Below are positions 41,073 to 53,800 of a stretch of DNA of 64,000 nucleotides, in pieces. Source of the DNA: an uncultured delta proteobacterium (GTDB lineage Bacteria > Desulfobacterota > Binatia > UBA9968); contig CAVSHR010000005.1 of NCBI GenBank assembly GCA_963727625.1, positions 704,001 through 768,000 of the forward strand. The letters run 5' to 3'. Position 1 is the first letter of the stretch; every line of letters starts with the position of its first letter. Below the pieces are notes generated by a model. It saw nothing but the letters and a program-made list of their open reading frames with translations, had not been told where the DNA came from and did not search any database. A program made the translations under genes and the position numbers.

Positions 41073-41239
41073 TCCCAAAAGCTCCCGGCAAACCTGCCAA
41101 AGCATCTATCCCGCACCGGCGAATCTAATGGTGATTTTCGCTGGCTTTGCGTCGAAATGTCCAATTTTGTCCGTTTTTGTAAGATTAAGTTCGATCCACG
41201 TTTAAAATTATTCATCCCTTTTCGCCAAAATAGTCGGAA

Positions 41240-41285
41240 ATTCAAGAACTTGACAGCAACTACGCCACTTGGCTCGGTGGTTGCT
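41240..41285 (+). promoter_or_regulatory. Sigma54 (-24/-12) promoter with upstream IHF-like site
   Basis: TGGCTCGGTGGTTGC at 41270-41284 with exact GG-N10-GC spacing; ATTCAAGAACTTG at 41240-41252 is one mismatch from WATCAANNNNTTR. Confidence 0.6.
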
Positions 41286-41365
41286 TTTTGATCGTTTGGT
41301 CGTGATTTATAAGCCCGCCAATTCCTGTGCGTGGCTAGTGACAAGGGAGTCAGGCAAATCTCGAT

Positions 41366-43180
41366 ATGAAAAGACCGTTAGGTCGAAGTCTTAGCGCGTG
41401 CTTGGCGGACGCTTGGTTCGGCGGCACAACGCTCACACTCAAGCCGATTCGCGCGCTGATCGACGCCAGCGCAAAGCTGGGCAAAGGCGACCTGAGCACC
41501 CGTACCGCCATGGAACAGCTTCGTGGCGGGATCGGCCAATTAGCCGGCGCGATCGATCAGATGGCCGACGCGATTCAGGTTCGCGACGCCGAACGCATAA
41601 AATCCCAGCAAACCCGCGCCCTGCTTGCCGCCATCGTGGAATCTTCCAGTGACGCCATCATCAGCCGCACCCATGAGGGCATCTGCACGAGTTGGAACAA
41701 GGGCGCGCAAGATCTTTTCGGCTATAGCGCCGACGAAATAATCGGCAATTCACTTATGGTCCTGGTGCCCGAGGATCAGGTGGATCGGGTGCTGCAAAAC
41801 TTCGACATAGTCAAGCGCGGCAGTCCTATCGACTCATACGAAGCGGTGCGAATCAGAAAAAATGGTACCACAGTCGACGTTTCAGTTACCGTATCGGCCA
41901 TCATCGCCGAAGACGGCAGGGTTATCGGCGCCGCTTCGATCATGCGAGACATCAGCGAGCACAAGCGCTCCGAACGCGAGCTGCGCGCGCTGCACGAAAT
42001 TAATTTGGCGATCTCGTCGACCCTGGACCGGCAAGCGATATTGCAGATTTTACTGGAAAAGATCGAATTGCTGCTTCCCTACTCCGCCAGCCACATCAGA
42101 CTGGTCAATGAAGCCACTGGAAAACTCACGCCCGTGGCCTGCCGCAACTTGGACGAGACAGCGTGGAAGGCAGGCGACTCACCATCGGAGGGTTCGATTC
42201 TAAACTGGATCCTTCGGTCTCGACAGCCTGTAGTCTTGCGCAATTTGCACGCCGAAAAGCGGTTTCGGCGCCCGGAATTCTATCACCAGCAAGGGTTAGT
42301 TTCCTACCTCGGCCTGCCGTTGATGGTCAACGAAGAAGCAATCGGCGTGCTATCGCTTTTGACTAAAGAAGAACACGAGTTTACCCAGGACGAGATCCGC
42401 TTCGCCCAAACTTTGGCCAAGCAAGCGAGCATCGTCATATACCATTCCCAACTTTACGAGGAAACCAAAAGTCTCGCGGAAAAGCTGGAGGTGGGCGGCG
42501 AGCACATTCGAGCGCTGGCCAGTGGGCTGATACGCGCGCGCGACGAAGAAGCTAGACGCATCGCGAACATCTTGCATGACGAGTCCGGGCAGATCCTGGC
42601 CATGGTCTACATCTCGTTGGATGAGTTGGCGAAAGGACTCTCCGACTCCGACCGAGAACGGGTGCAAAGGATCAAGAATTTGTTGGATGAGATCGAGAAT
42701 CGGCTGCGCGATCTTTCCCACAACCTTCATCCCGCCCTGCTCGATCATTTGGGGTTGGCGCCCAGTCTCGAAAATCTCGCCGCTCAGATTTCCAAACGCT
42801 CTGGAATTCAGACCATGATTCATAGTCAATTGAACGGGCGGCTCCCGCCGCCGTTGGAACTGACCCTCTACCGCGTCCTCCAGGAAGCGATTAGCAACGC
42901 GGTCCGCCACTCGCGCGGGAAAACGATCCGGGTCCGACTCTTGGAAAACAACGGGCTGGTCCAGTGCGCGATTCAGGACGATGGCATCGGCTTTCAGTCC
43001 GCCAGTCTCGCCCACGGCAGCAAACCGATGACCCGCGGCCTCGGCATTCCCGGCATGCGCGAGCGAATCGAAGCCATAGGCGGAACCTTTCAGATCCTTT
43101 CCAGCCCGGGCGAAGGAACCAAATTGTATCTATCCATTCCACTGGAGAAACCCAATGACGCAGCGAATCCTGATTGCTGA
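41366..43180 (+). CDS. Sensor histidine kinase HAMP-PAS-GAF-HisKA_3 (NarX-like)
   Basis: HAMP-like N-terminus, PAS (AIVESSSDAII..WNKGA), GAF, RRIANILHDESGQ, QEAISNAVRH, DDGIGF. Confidence 0.88.
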   Translation: MKRPLGRSLSACLADAWFGGTTLTLKPIRALIDASAKLGKGDLSTRTAMEQLRGGIGQLAGAIDQMADAIQVRDAERIKSQQTRALLAAIVESSSDAIISRTHEGICTSWNKGAQDLFGYSADEIIGNSLMVLVPEDQVDRVLQNFDIVKRGSPIDSYEAVRIRKNGTTVDVSVTVSAIIAEDGRVIGAASIMRDISEHKRSERELRALHEINLAISSTLDRQAILQILLEKIELLLPYSASHIRLVNEATGKLTPVACRNLDETAWKAGDSPSEGSILNWILRSRQPVVLRNLHAEKRFRRPEFYHQQGLVSYLGLPLMVNEEAIGVLSLLTKEEHEFTQDEIRFAQTLAKQASIVIYHSQLYEETKSLAEKLEVGGEHIRALASGLIRARDEEARRIANILHDESGQILAMVYISLDELAKGLSDSDRERVQRIKNLLDEIENRLRDLSHNLHPALLDHLGLAPSLENLAAQISKRSGIQTMIHSQLNGRLPPPLELTLYRVLQEAISNAVRHSRGKTIRVRLLENNGLVQCAIQDDGIGFQSASLAHGSKPMTRGLGIPGMRERIEAIGGTFQILSSPGEGTKLYLSIPLEKPNDAANPDC

Positions 43181-43787
43181 TGATCACACCATTGTCAGAG
43201 ACGGCCTGAAGGGCGTTTTGCTCGGCCAAGGTTTCGAGATCGCGGCCGAGGCATCAAACGGACGCGAAGCCGTGGACTTGAGCCGCAAGCTGCGTCCGCA
43301 CATCGCCATCTTGGACATTGCGATGCCGCTTCTCAACGGTATCGACGCGGCGCGGGAAATCGCCGGCGCCTGCCCGAACACGAAAACTATTCTACTGACC
43401 ATGTACAAAGAGAGGCAGTTCATTCTCGAGGCCTTGCGCGCCGGCATCAAAGGCTACGTGCTAAAAACCCAGGCCGCCGCCGATCTCGTCAACGCGATCC
43501 ACGCGGCGCTGGCAGGCGAAACTTATCTCAGCCCGGGGGTTTCCGACAGCATCGTGCAGGCCGCGCTGACCAAGGACTCGCCGGCCCTCGACCCGTTGAC
43601 TCCACGGGAACGGGAAGTTTTGCAGTTGATTGCCGAAGGGAAAAGCAACAAGGAGGTTTCCCAGCAGCTCGGGATGAGCGTAAAAACCGTCGAATCCCAT
43701 CGGCGCAACGTGATGACCAAACTCGATATTCATGAAACCGCAGGCTTGGTTAGACACGCGATCAAAATCGGTCTCATCCCTCCATAA
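43155..43787 (+). CDS. NarL/LuxR family response regulator
   Basis: IADDH..LDIAMP..GYVLK; LTPREREVLQLIAEGKSNKEV..KTVESHR. Confidence 0.93.
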   Translation: MTQRILIADDHTIVRDGLKGVLLGQGFEIAAEASNGREAVDLSRKLRPHIAILDIAMPLLNGIDAAREIAGACPNTKTILLTMYKERQFILEALRAGIKGYVLKTQAAADLVNAIHAALAGETYLSPGVSDSIVQAALTKDSPALDPLTPREREVLQLIAEGKSNKEVSQQLGMSVKTVESHRRNVMTKLDIHETAGLVRHAIKIGLIPP

Positions 43788-43936
43788 TCCCCGCCATCAA
43801 TCCCCGATCCGCTCCATCCGTGGGGTGTTTTATTGCAAGATCTAAGGTTTTTACCCGATATCACTCCCCTAACCGATAGTCTACGCTTTTTATCGGCGGA
43901 TCGGCACTGGGGCCAATCATCGCCAGCGAGGGAGTT

Positions 43937-44734
43937 ATGACCGCGACGATAGTGACCGTGGATGACGATCGGAGTTTCCGCGATATTGTGAGGGGACTGC
44001 TGCGCCAAGACGCCGGAATCACGTTAATCGGCGAAGCAGAGAACGGCGAGGAAGCCGTGCGCCAGACGCGCGCGCTTCATCCGGACGTGGTTCTGATGGA
44101 CCTTACCATGCCGCGGGTCAACGGCTTCGATGCGACTCGGAGAATCAAAGCGTACCAGCCGCAAACTAGAGTCATCATCCTGACTGTTCATGCCGAATAC
44201 GACTATGAACAAGCGGCGCTCGGCAACGGTGCCGACGCCTTTATCGCCAAAAAGCGGCTGAGTTCGGATCTGCTGCCGACCATTCACGCCTTGACGGAGC
44301 CGAAGCGACCCGAATCGGCAGCGCAGGATGAAGACTTGGATGCCATCCTCTTGATCGATAACGACAGCGAGTTTCGCGGTCTGACCGCGGCTTACCTTCG
44401 CGCCAACTTGAATACGGTGATCGAAGAATGCGCCAGCAACGAAGCCCAGACCCTGACGTTGCCCGCCGGCTTGAAGCCCAGAGTCGTTGTGGTCGATGCT
44501 GCGCACGACAACGCGAAATTTCTGAACGGCCTGCGCGGGCGTTTCCCGGTTTTTGGCATTATCGCGCTTACCTCCGGCAACTCTGCAAGATTCAAAGAAT
44601 CCGCCCTGGCGCCGGGGGCCGATGCCTGGGTCGCCAGGAATCGAATCACCATCGACCTTATTCCGGCAATCAGGGCATTGATCCCCTTTCCGTCGAAATT
44701 GGACCGGGCTCTCTATATAGCGGACGAGCTTTAA
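43937..44734 (+). CDS. Tandem receiver-domain protein without output domain
   Basis: Canonical first REC (VDDD, LMDLTMP, T, K) and a degenerate second REC (IDND, VVDA, WVARN). Confidence 0.8.
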   Translation: MTATIVTVDDDRSFRDIVRGLLRQDAGITLIGEAENGEEAVRQTRALHPDVVLMDLTMPRVNGFDATRRIKAYQPQTRVIILTVHAEYDYEQAALGNGADAFIAKKRLSSDLLPTIHALTEPKRPESAAQDEDLDAILLIDNDSEFRGLTAAYLRANLNTVIEECASNEAQTLTLPAGLKPRVVVVDAAHDNAKFLNGLRGRFPVFGIIALTSGNSARFKESALAPGADAWVARNRITIDLIPAIRALIPFPSKLDRALYIADEL

Positions 44735-44980
44735 ATTTATCGTCAACGGCAGTTGCGAAGGGAAATAAATTGCTTACGGGCAAAACAAACGTTAGCGATT
44801 TTTTTGGATCGGCTCAGCAATCTGCTTGTCAAACACGGAAGGAAAAATTGGCCGGCCATCACCGCGCTCGCTTTTATTCTACGCGGCGCGGCCGTCTGAC
44901 TGAAACAATCGATGTCGTCCAAGCCGCTACCGGAAAATCAGCGACGCGGTGGCAGCGGCGCAAGAGCTTGAAAATCGACG

Positions 44981-47107
<2,127 letters not shown>

Positions 47108-47145
47108 ATTTTGATTATCGCGGAACCCGAGCTCGGAGGGCAATT

Positions 47146-47538
47146 ATGGCGCCGGAGTCTGTCTTGATCGTCGACGACAATGTGGTTAACACAAAACTCG
47201 TTCGCGTCCTGTTGGCGGGAGAAGGCTACGAGGTGCGCACGGCCGGCGACGCCGACGAAGCATTGCAAGTTCTGCACCGGTTTCATCCGGGGCTGATTCT
47301 CATGGATATCCAATTGCCGGGCATCGACGGCATCGAGCTGATTCGACGCCTGAAAGCGGAGCCTGCGACGCGCGACATCCCGGTCATCGCACTGACGGCC
47401 TACGCGATGAAAGGCGATAGGGAACGCATCATCGCCGTCGGTTGCGCCGGCTATATTTCTAAGCCGATCGACACGCGGGCTTTGCCCATTTTCATCAAGG
47501 GATATTTGCAAAGAACGGCACCCAAAAGCGGCCATTAG
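47146..47538 (+). CDS. Single-domain response regulator (DivK-like)
   Basis: LIVDDN, LMDIQLPGIDG, PVIALTAYAMKGD, YISKP. GGAGG RBS before ATG 47146. Confidence 0.9.
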   Translation: MAPESVLIVDDNVVNTKLVRVLLAGEGYEVRTAGDADEALQVLHRFHPGLILMDIQLPGIDGIELIRRLKAEPATRDIPVIALTAYAMKGDRERIIAVGCAGYISKPIDTRALPIFIKGYLQRTAPKSGH

Positions 47539-47971
47539 TAGGCATTCGAGCAACCCTCGCCGCAGCACAGGACGCGCAATCGGTCGTAAAACTCCTCTCA
47601 GCGTACTCAACCTAGCTCCAGATCATAGACAAGAGGGTACTTGCGGCGCGCCTATCCAAGACTGAGCTCATTGCTGGACCTACCCGCGGGATCGGGTCTG
47701 GAACCGAAATTGCTCAAAAATCAGATGGTCCGAAAATGAGACTTGGTACGACGAGAAAAATTAAGACAATTTTGGCAATGCCGGGAAATTGTTCGCCCGT
47801 AATGGGACTTTGGCGTAGGTTACAAAATGGCTGGTTGCGAGCGAAATTTTGAAACATTGTCCAGCGCCGACGCCAACTGTCCAGTGGATTGCGTGAATTT
47901 ATCAAGAACCTCTATCGAGCCGATGACTACCGGCCTCGCAAACGCGGCCGCTGGAGGAGACGGCTAGCGCC

Positions 47972-50806
47972 TTGCCAATTCTCGCTCAAGATCGGCGCGC
48001 CGCCGCTTACCTCGACTACAGCATCCTCGCTTCGTCGGTGTTGTCGGCGGCCCTGGGACTTTTGAGCACCGCCGAATGGTACAGCGGCAACACGGCTCTG
48101 CTAAAAATTCTTGCCGGGGCGGTCGCCCTGCAACCCATCACGGCCATCGGCTTCATACTCTGCGGCGCGGCCCTGTTTACGGCGCAACGCGGCGCGCGTG
48201 GGGCTACGTTGCTAATCGGCGCCGGCACCGGTTTGTTGGGATTAGTGACTATCTCGGAGTATCTCATCGGCTTCGATCTGCGCATCAACGAAGCTCTCTT
48301 GGGAATAACCTCCGGTCCGGTAGCCGCCGACCTCGCCCGAATGGCGCCATCGACGGCACTATGTTTTCTTTTTGCCGGAACGGCATTCTCCCTCGCATCC
48401 CTTGGCGAAAACGCGCCAATCCAGCCGATGTTCGTCGGTTTGCTGGGCGGCGTCCTTTTCAGTATCGGAGCGATCGCCTTTGCCGGCTACTTGACCGGCC
48501 TCAGCGCCACCTATGAATGGGATCAGCTCAACGGCATGGCACTGCCCACAGCAATGGGGTTTGTAACCGTGGGAGGCGGTTTGGTCGCCCTCGGCTGGCG
48601 CCATGGAAGCGGTGTGGCAAACAGGTCGCTGCCCTGGCTGCCTCTATTCGTGGGCGTTAGCGGCCTGACGGCGACGCTGATCCTCTGGCATGCTCTTCTC
48701 GCCTCGGAGGATTCGAAAATCCACCAGCTCATCCGCAACCAGGAAATCAATGTCCATAATCGAATCACGTTGAACATCAACTCGACCCTGTTTGAGTTGA
48801 TGCGCAGCGCCACGCGTTGGCAACGCTTCAATCTCGAGTCCCCCGCGCGAATCCAAGACGAGGCGGGACTGCTCATTCAGTGGCTGCGCGGCTTGCGCGC
48901 CATCGGCTGGCTCGACGAAAATAACCGCTTACGCTGGATTATCCCAAAAGGAGAATACCCAACGCTGGTCGGCGCCGATCTGAGCGCTGATCCGCATAAT
49001 CAGGCGGCGCTGGAAACCGCGCGCGCCGAAGGAATGGCACTGATCGCGGCGCCCGATGGAACGCCGGGCAGCGATCGATATTTCATCTACGCGCCGATCT
49101 CCGACAAACGGAAATCTCGCGGCTTCATGATCGGCATTTTCCATGCCCAAGAATTGTTCGACCAGCTAATCGACGATGAAGCTTTCATCGGTTACTCGAT
49201 CGAATTGTTTGACGGCGGTCAGGAAATCTATCAGCGCAGAGGCTCCGACTCGCAATACCGTGCTTGGGCCGAGGAGTCGTTGATATCGCTTGGTAAGATA
49301 ACCTGGACCGTCCGGGTTTGGGCCAAGCCGTCCACAATGGCCGCCATGGACTCCAACGCGGATCTGCTGGCGCTGCTGATCGGCCTGTTGGCCACCGCGC
49401 TAATTACCGCCGTCACCTATCTAGCCCAGAGCGCGCGGCGGCGTGCCCGGCAAGCCCAGGCAGCCAACGACCGGTTGGAAAGCGAGATCGCCGAGCGCCG
49501 GCGCGCCCAAGAGCAAATCCAATTACAGTTGGAACGAATATCGATCCTGCGGGAAATCAATCTGGCGGCGACGTCGACTCTAAGCCTCCAGCCGATGTTG
49601 AATTTGCTGCTGGAGACCATCCAGCGCCTGCTGCCTTACAGCGCACTGCTGGTTTGGCTCAAGGACCCGGTCAGCGGCGACTGGAAGCGCGCCGCCTGCC
49701 GCAACCTGGATGAAGAGGACTGGATGGGCAGAGCGCTCCCAGCGGTCCCGAAACTCGTGCTCGCCGCCGCGGAATCCAAGAATGCCGTCGTCATCAGCGA
49801 TATCCGGAGCGACCCGAGAACCCTCGATCGCGCCTTTTATCAACGGAACGGGTTGATTTCCTACCTCGGCGTCCCGCTGCTGACCAAAGGCGAGACCTTG
49901 GGGTTGCTGGTCTTTCTGACCCGCGCGGCGCACGAATTCACCGAAGACGAAGTCCAATTTCTCTCTTCGGTGGCGAGCCAAGCGGCCGTGGCCATACACA
50001 ACTCGCAGCTCTACGAGAAAATCCAGACACAAGCGCGTGCGCTCGAAGAAGCCAACAAGCTTCAGGCAGATTTTACCGCGATGATCGCCCATGATTTACG
50101 CTCGCCGCTCTCTAACGTCATCGGCATCGCCGAGATGATGGACCAGGGGCTTTTCGGACCGCTTTCGGAAGAACAAAAGAACTGGCTTGGCCGCATGCGC
50201 AATAACGCCAAGAATCTCGTCAGCTTGGTGAGCGACTTTCTCGACGTATCCAAGCTCGAAAGCGGGCGTATCGAACTGCATCGGGCTTTAACCGACGTCG
50301 CCGACCTTGCCTGCGCGACGGTCGCAAACTATAAGTCTGTCGCGGCAGCCAAGATGATCGCCTTGACCTACAGCGGCGACCCGTCGATCCCCCATATAGA
50401 GGTCGACGCGCGGCGGCTCGATCAGGTGATCACCAATTTGATCACCAACGCGATCAAGTTCACCAATGAAGGCGGCAGGATTCAAGTGCGCGTCCTACCC
50501 GGCCAAGAAAAAGAAATAAGGATCGAAATCCAGGACAGCGGCGTCGGCATTCCCCGCGCCGAAATCGCCAAGCTATTTCAAAAGTACCGCCAGGCGGATA
50601 ACGCGCGCGCTCTCGCCGATAAGGGCACGGGATTGGGCTTGGTGATCTGCAAGATGATCGTCGAAGCCCACGGCGGGAGAATTTGGATCGACAGCGACGA
50701 GGGGAAAGGCACCACTTTCTCATTTACTTTGCCGATCGGGAACAACCTGCAAGCTATTCCCGAAGGGGAGAGCCTCAACCCAGCCAGTGAAGAACTAAGG
50801 TCTTAA
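47972..50806 (+). CDS. Membrane sensor kinase (multi-TM, CHASE-like, GAF, HisKA, HATPase)
   Basis: Multiple N-terminal TM helices, periplasmic domain, GAF, IAHDLRSPL, NAIKFT, GTGLGL. Start uncertain (TTG). Confidence 0.87.
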   Translation: MPILAQDRRAAAYLDYSILASSVLSAALGLLSTAEWYSGNTALLKILAGAVALQPITAIGFILCGAALFTAQRGARGATLLIGAGTGLLGLVTISEYLIGFDLRINEALLGITSGPVAADLARMAPSTALCFLFAGTAFSLASLGENAPIQPMFVGLLGGVLFSIGAIAFAGYLTGLSATYEWDQLNGMALPTAMGFVTVGGGLVALGWRHGSGVANRSLPWLPLFVGVSGLTATLILWHALLASEDSKIHQLIRNQEINVHNRITLNINSTLFELMRSATRWQRFNLESPARIQDEAGLLIQWLRGLRAIGWLDENNRLRWIIPKGEYPTLVGADLSADPHNQAALETARAEGMALIAAPDGTPGSDRYFIYAPISDKRKSRGFMIGIFHAQELFDQLIDDEAFIGYSIELFDGGQEIYQRRGSDSQYRAWAEESLISLGKITWTVRVWAKPSTMAAMDSNADLLALLIGLLATALITAVTYLAQSARRRARQAQAANDRLESEIAERRRAQEQIQLQLERISILREINLAATSTLSLQPMLNLLLETIQRLLPYSALLVWLKDPVSGDWKRAACRNLDEEDWMGRALPAVPKLVLAAAESKNAVVISDIRSDPRTLDRAFYQRNGLISYLGVPLLTKGETLGLLVFLTRAAHEFTEDEVQFLSSVASQAAVAIHNSQLYEKIQTQARALEEANKLQADFTAMIAHDLRSPLSNVIGIAEMMDQGLFGPLSEEQKNWLGRMRNNAKNLVSLVSDFLDVSKLESGRIELHRALTDVADLACATVANYKSVAAAKMIALTYSGDPSIPHIEVDARRLDQVITNLITNAIKFTNEGGRIQVRVLPGQEKEIRIEIQDSGVGIPRAEIAKLFQKYRQADNARALADKGTGLGLVICKMIVEAHGGRIWIDSDEGKGTTFSFTLPIGNNLQAIPEGESLNPASEELRS

Positions 50807-50807
50807 C

Positions 50808-53800
50808 ATGAAGATTCTGGTCGCCGACGACGATTCGATCAACCGCAAATACCTCCATGCTCTGCTCAGCCATGAAGGACATACGGTTATCGAATGCGAC
50901 AATGGCCTGGCCACCCTCGCCTGGCTTGAAAAAAACCCCTGCGACGCAGTGATTTCAGATGTGCTGATGCCGCAAATGGACGGCTACCGGCTATGCTATG
51001 AAATTCGCACGAATAAAAATCTCAAAAACACTCCGGTCATTCTCTACTCCGCAACTTATCTCTCGGCCGCCGATGAGAAAGCGGCGATGGCGATGGGTGC
51101 CGATAAATTTATGCGCAAACCCGCGCTGCCGGAACAGATCCTCGAAGCACTCAACGAGGCGATCGAGAAGCCCCGCACTGAGCATTCGGAAGCGCCGCCA
51201 GAAAAACCTGGAGACATGCCCGCGCTGCGGGAGTACAGCGAATCGCTGGTGCGGAAACTCGAGGAAACCATCATCGAGCTCTCGGTCGCCAACGCCGCAT
51301 TGGCGGAAAACGAGCGCCGCCGGCGCGCGATCATCGAGTCCGAACCCGAGTGCGTCAAGATTCTTGCTCGTGACGGAACTCTTTTGGAAATGAACCCCGC
51401 CGGCCTGCGTATGTTCGAAGCCAATTCAGCGGAGCCGGTGATCGGAAAAAAGGTCTACCCGTTGATCGTTCCAGAGCACCGTCGCTCCTTTCAGGAACTC
51501 ACCGAAGCCGTGTTTCGGGGCGAATCGGGTACCCTTGAATTCGAGATCCTCGGACTCAAAGGCACGCGCCGCTGGCTTGATACCCATACCGCGCCCCTGC
51601 GCAATTCCAATAGCGAGATCGTCGCCGCCCTCGGTATTACGCGCGATATCACCGAACAAAAGCATAACGCAACGCTCTTGAGCGGCCAGATGCGCGTTCT
51701 CGAAATGATCGCCCGGGGTGCGCCCCTGCCCGCGACGCTCGACGCGTTACTGCGTGTGATCGAAGAGCAATCCAGCGACATGCTCTGCTCGATTCTTTTG
51801 CTCGACGCCGAAGGCAAACACCTGCGGTATGGCGCTGCGCCGCGGCTTCCGGAGCGTTACCAGCAGGCCATCGACGGCGCCGCTATCGGCGAAGGCACCG
51901 GCTCCTGCGGTAGCGCAGTCTATCGGCGGGAACAGGTCATCGTCGAAGACATCACGAGCGATCCGTTGTGGCAGGACTGCCGGCAGATTGCGCTGGCCCA
52001 TGGTCTGCGCGCCTGCTGGTCGACACCGATCTTCGACGCCCAGCAGCGGGTGCTCGGCAGCTTCGCGATGTATTTTCATGCGCCGCGCCGGCCCGAGGAA
52101 CAGTACTCAAGACTGACAGACATCGCCACCCGCATCGCCGCCATCGCGATTAGCAAACAACGCGAAGAAGACGCGCTGCGCGAAAGTGAATCTCGCTTCC
52201 GCGAGATGGCGGATAGTGCCCCTGTGATGATCTGGATTACGAGCGCGGACGGCTCCTGCACCTACCTCAATAAGCAATGGCAGGATTTTACCGGCCAAAC
52301 CGATGAAACCGGCTTGGGTTCAGGATGGCTGGATGCTCTGCATCCGAATGACCGCGAGCGTGCCGGCCGGGAATTCGCGGACGCAAATCGCCGCCATGAA
52401 TCATTTCGTATGGAATTTCGATTGCGCCGGCGTGAAGGCGAGCATCGTTGGGTGATCGACTCGGCGCAGCCGCGCCTGAGTGAGCGCGGTGAATTTCTCG
52501 GTTATATCGGATCGGTTTTCGATATCAGTGAACGCAAGCAGGCGGAAGACGAGCGGCAACGAAGCCTCAATCGGGTTCGCGCCCTGCATGAAATCAATCT
52601 GGCCATCACGTCAACGATGAACCGGCAAAGCCAGCTCGATATGCTGCTGGAAAAGATCGAGAGCTTCTTCGCCTTCCCGATTGTTTCATCGATGCGTTTG
52701 TTCCGACCAGAAACGGGACGGCTCGAGTGCCTCGCCCAGCGCGGAGTCATAGTAAGCGAATGGCTTAGCCGCGAGCCGGGGCGAACCCTCCACCGGGCAT
52801 TGCAGGTCGTCCAGAATAAGGCGCCCGTGATCGTCCCCGATATCCACAGTGATGTCCACGCAAAAGATCGACCCATGCCCGCGAGTTTCGGTCTAGTCTC
52901 CTACGCCGGCGTGCCGCTGATCGCGCGCGATCAAGTCATCGGCGTGCTCGGCGTCTATACCCAGGAGCTCCACGAGTTCAGCGCCGAAGAGATCGAATTC
53001 CTGACGACCTTGGCGGGACAGGCCGCAGTCGCCCTCGAAAACGCGCAGCTCTATGAGCAAACCGTACGGCGCCGGCGCGAGGCGGAAGCGCTGGCGAAAA
53101 TCGCCCGCTCGCTGACCGAGACCCTCGACATCAGCGCCATAGGCGAACGAGTCGTCAGCAGCGTAATGGAATTGTTTAACGTAAAGGGCGCGACGCTGCG
53201 GCTGCGCCAGCCCGACGGCTCTTTGATTCGTCTCGCCGCGGCGGGCGATGTATTTTCACAGATCCCAGGCGGTGCGGTCATACCGCCGGCAACAGGCATC
53301 GCCGGCCTCGCCTTCGCTGAACGCAAGCCCATTGCGTCCGCTGACATGCTGAACGACCCCGCCATTCAGGTAAGCGAGGCGATGCGTGATTACATCCGCT
53401 CGAGCGGCAACGGTTCGATCCTCGCTGCGCCGCTGAGCGCCCGTGAGAATCTCATCGGCATACTTTCCCTCACCGATACGGTTGGGCGCAGCTATATGGA
53501 CAACGAAGTAGCGCTGTTGCAAAGTTTCGCCGATCAAGTCGCGCTGGCGCTTTACAACGCGCAGCTCTATAAGGAATCCGAAAACCATCTCAAGCAGGTG
53601 CAAGCGCTGCGCGAGATCGAACGAGCGATTACCTCCACTTTGGATCTCGATTCCGTTCTCCACCTATTGTTAGAGAAAATTGATGTATTTCTGCCGTCCT
53701 CGGCGGTCACGACCATCCGCCTATTCAATCACAACACCGGAAAGTTTGATGACACCGCTTGTCGCAACCTTGACGAGAAAGCATGGCGCGGCAGGGCCAG

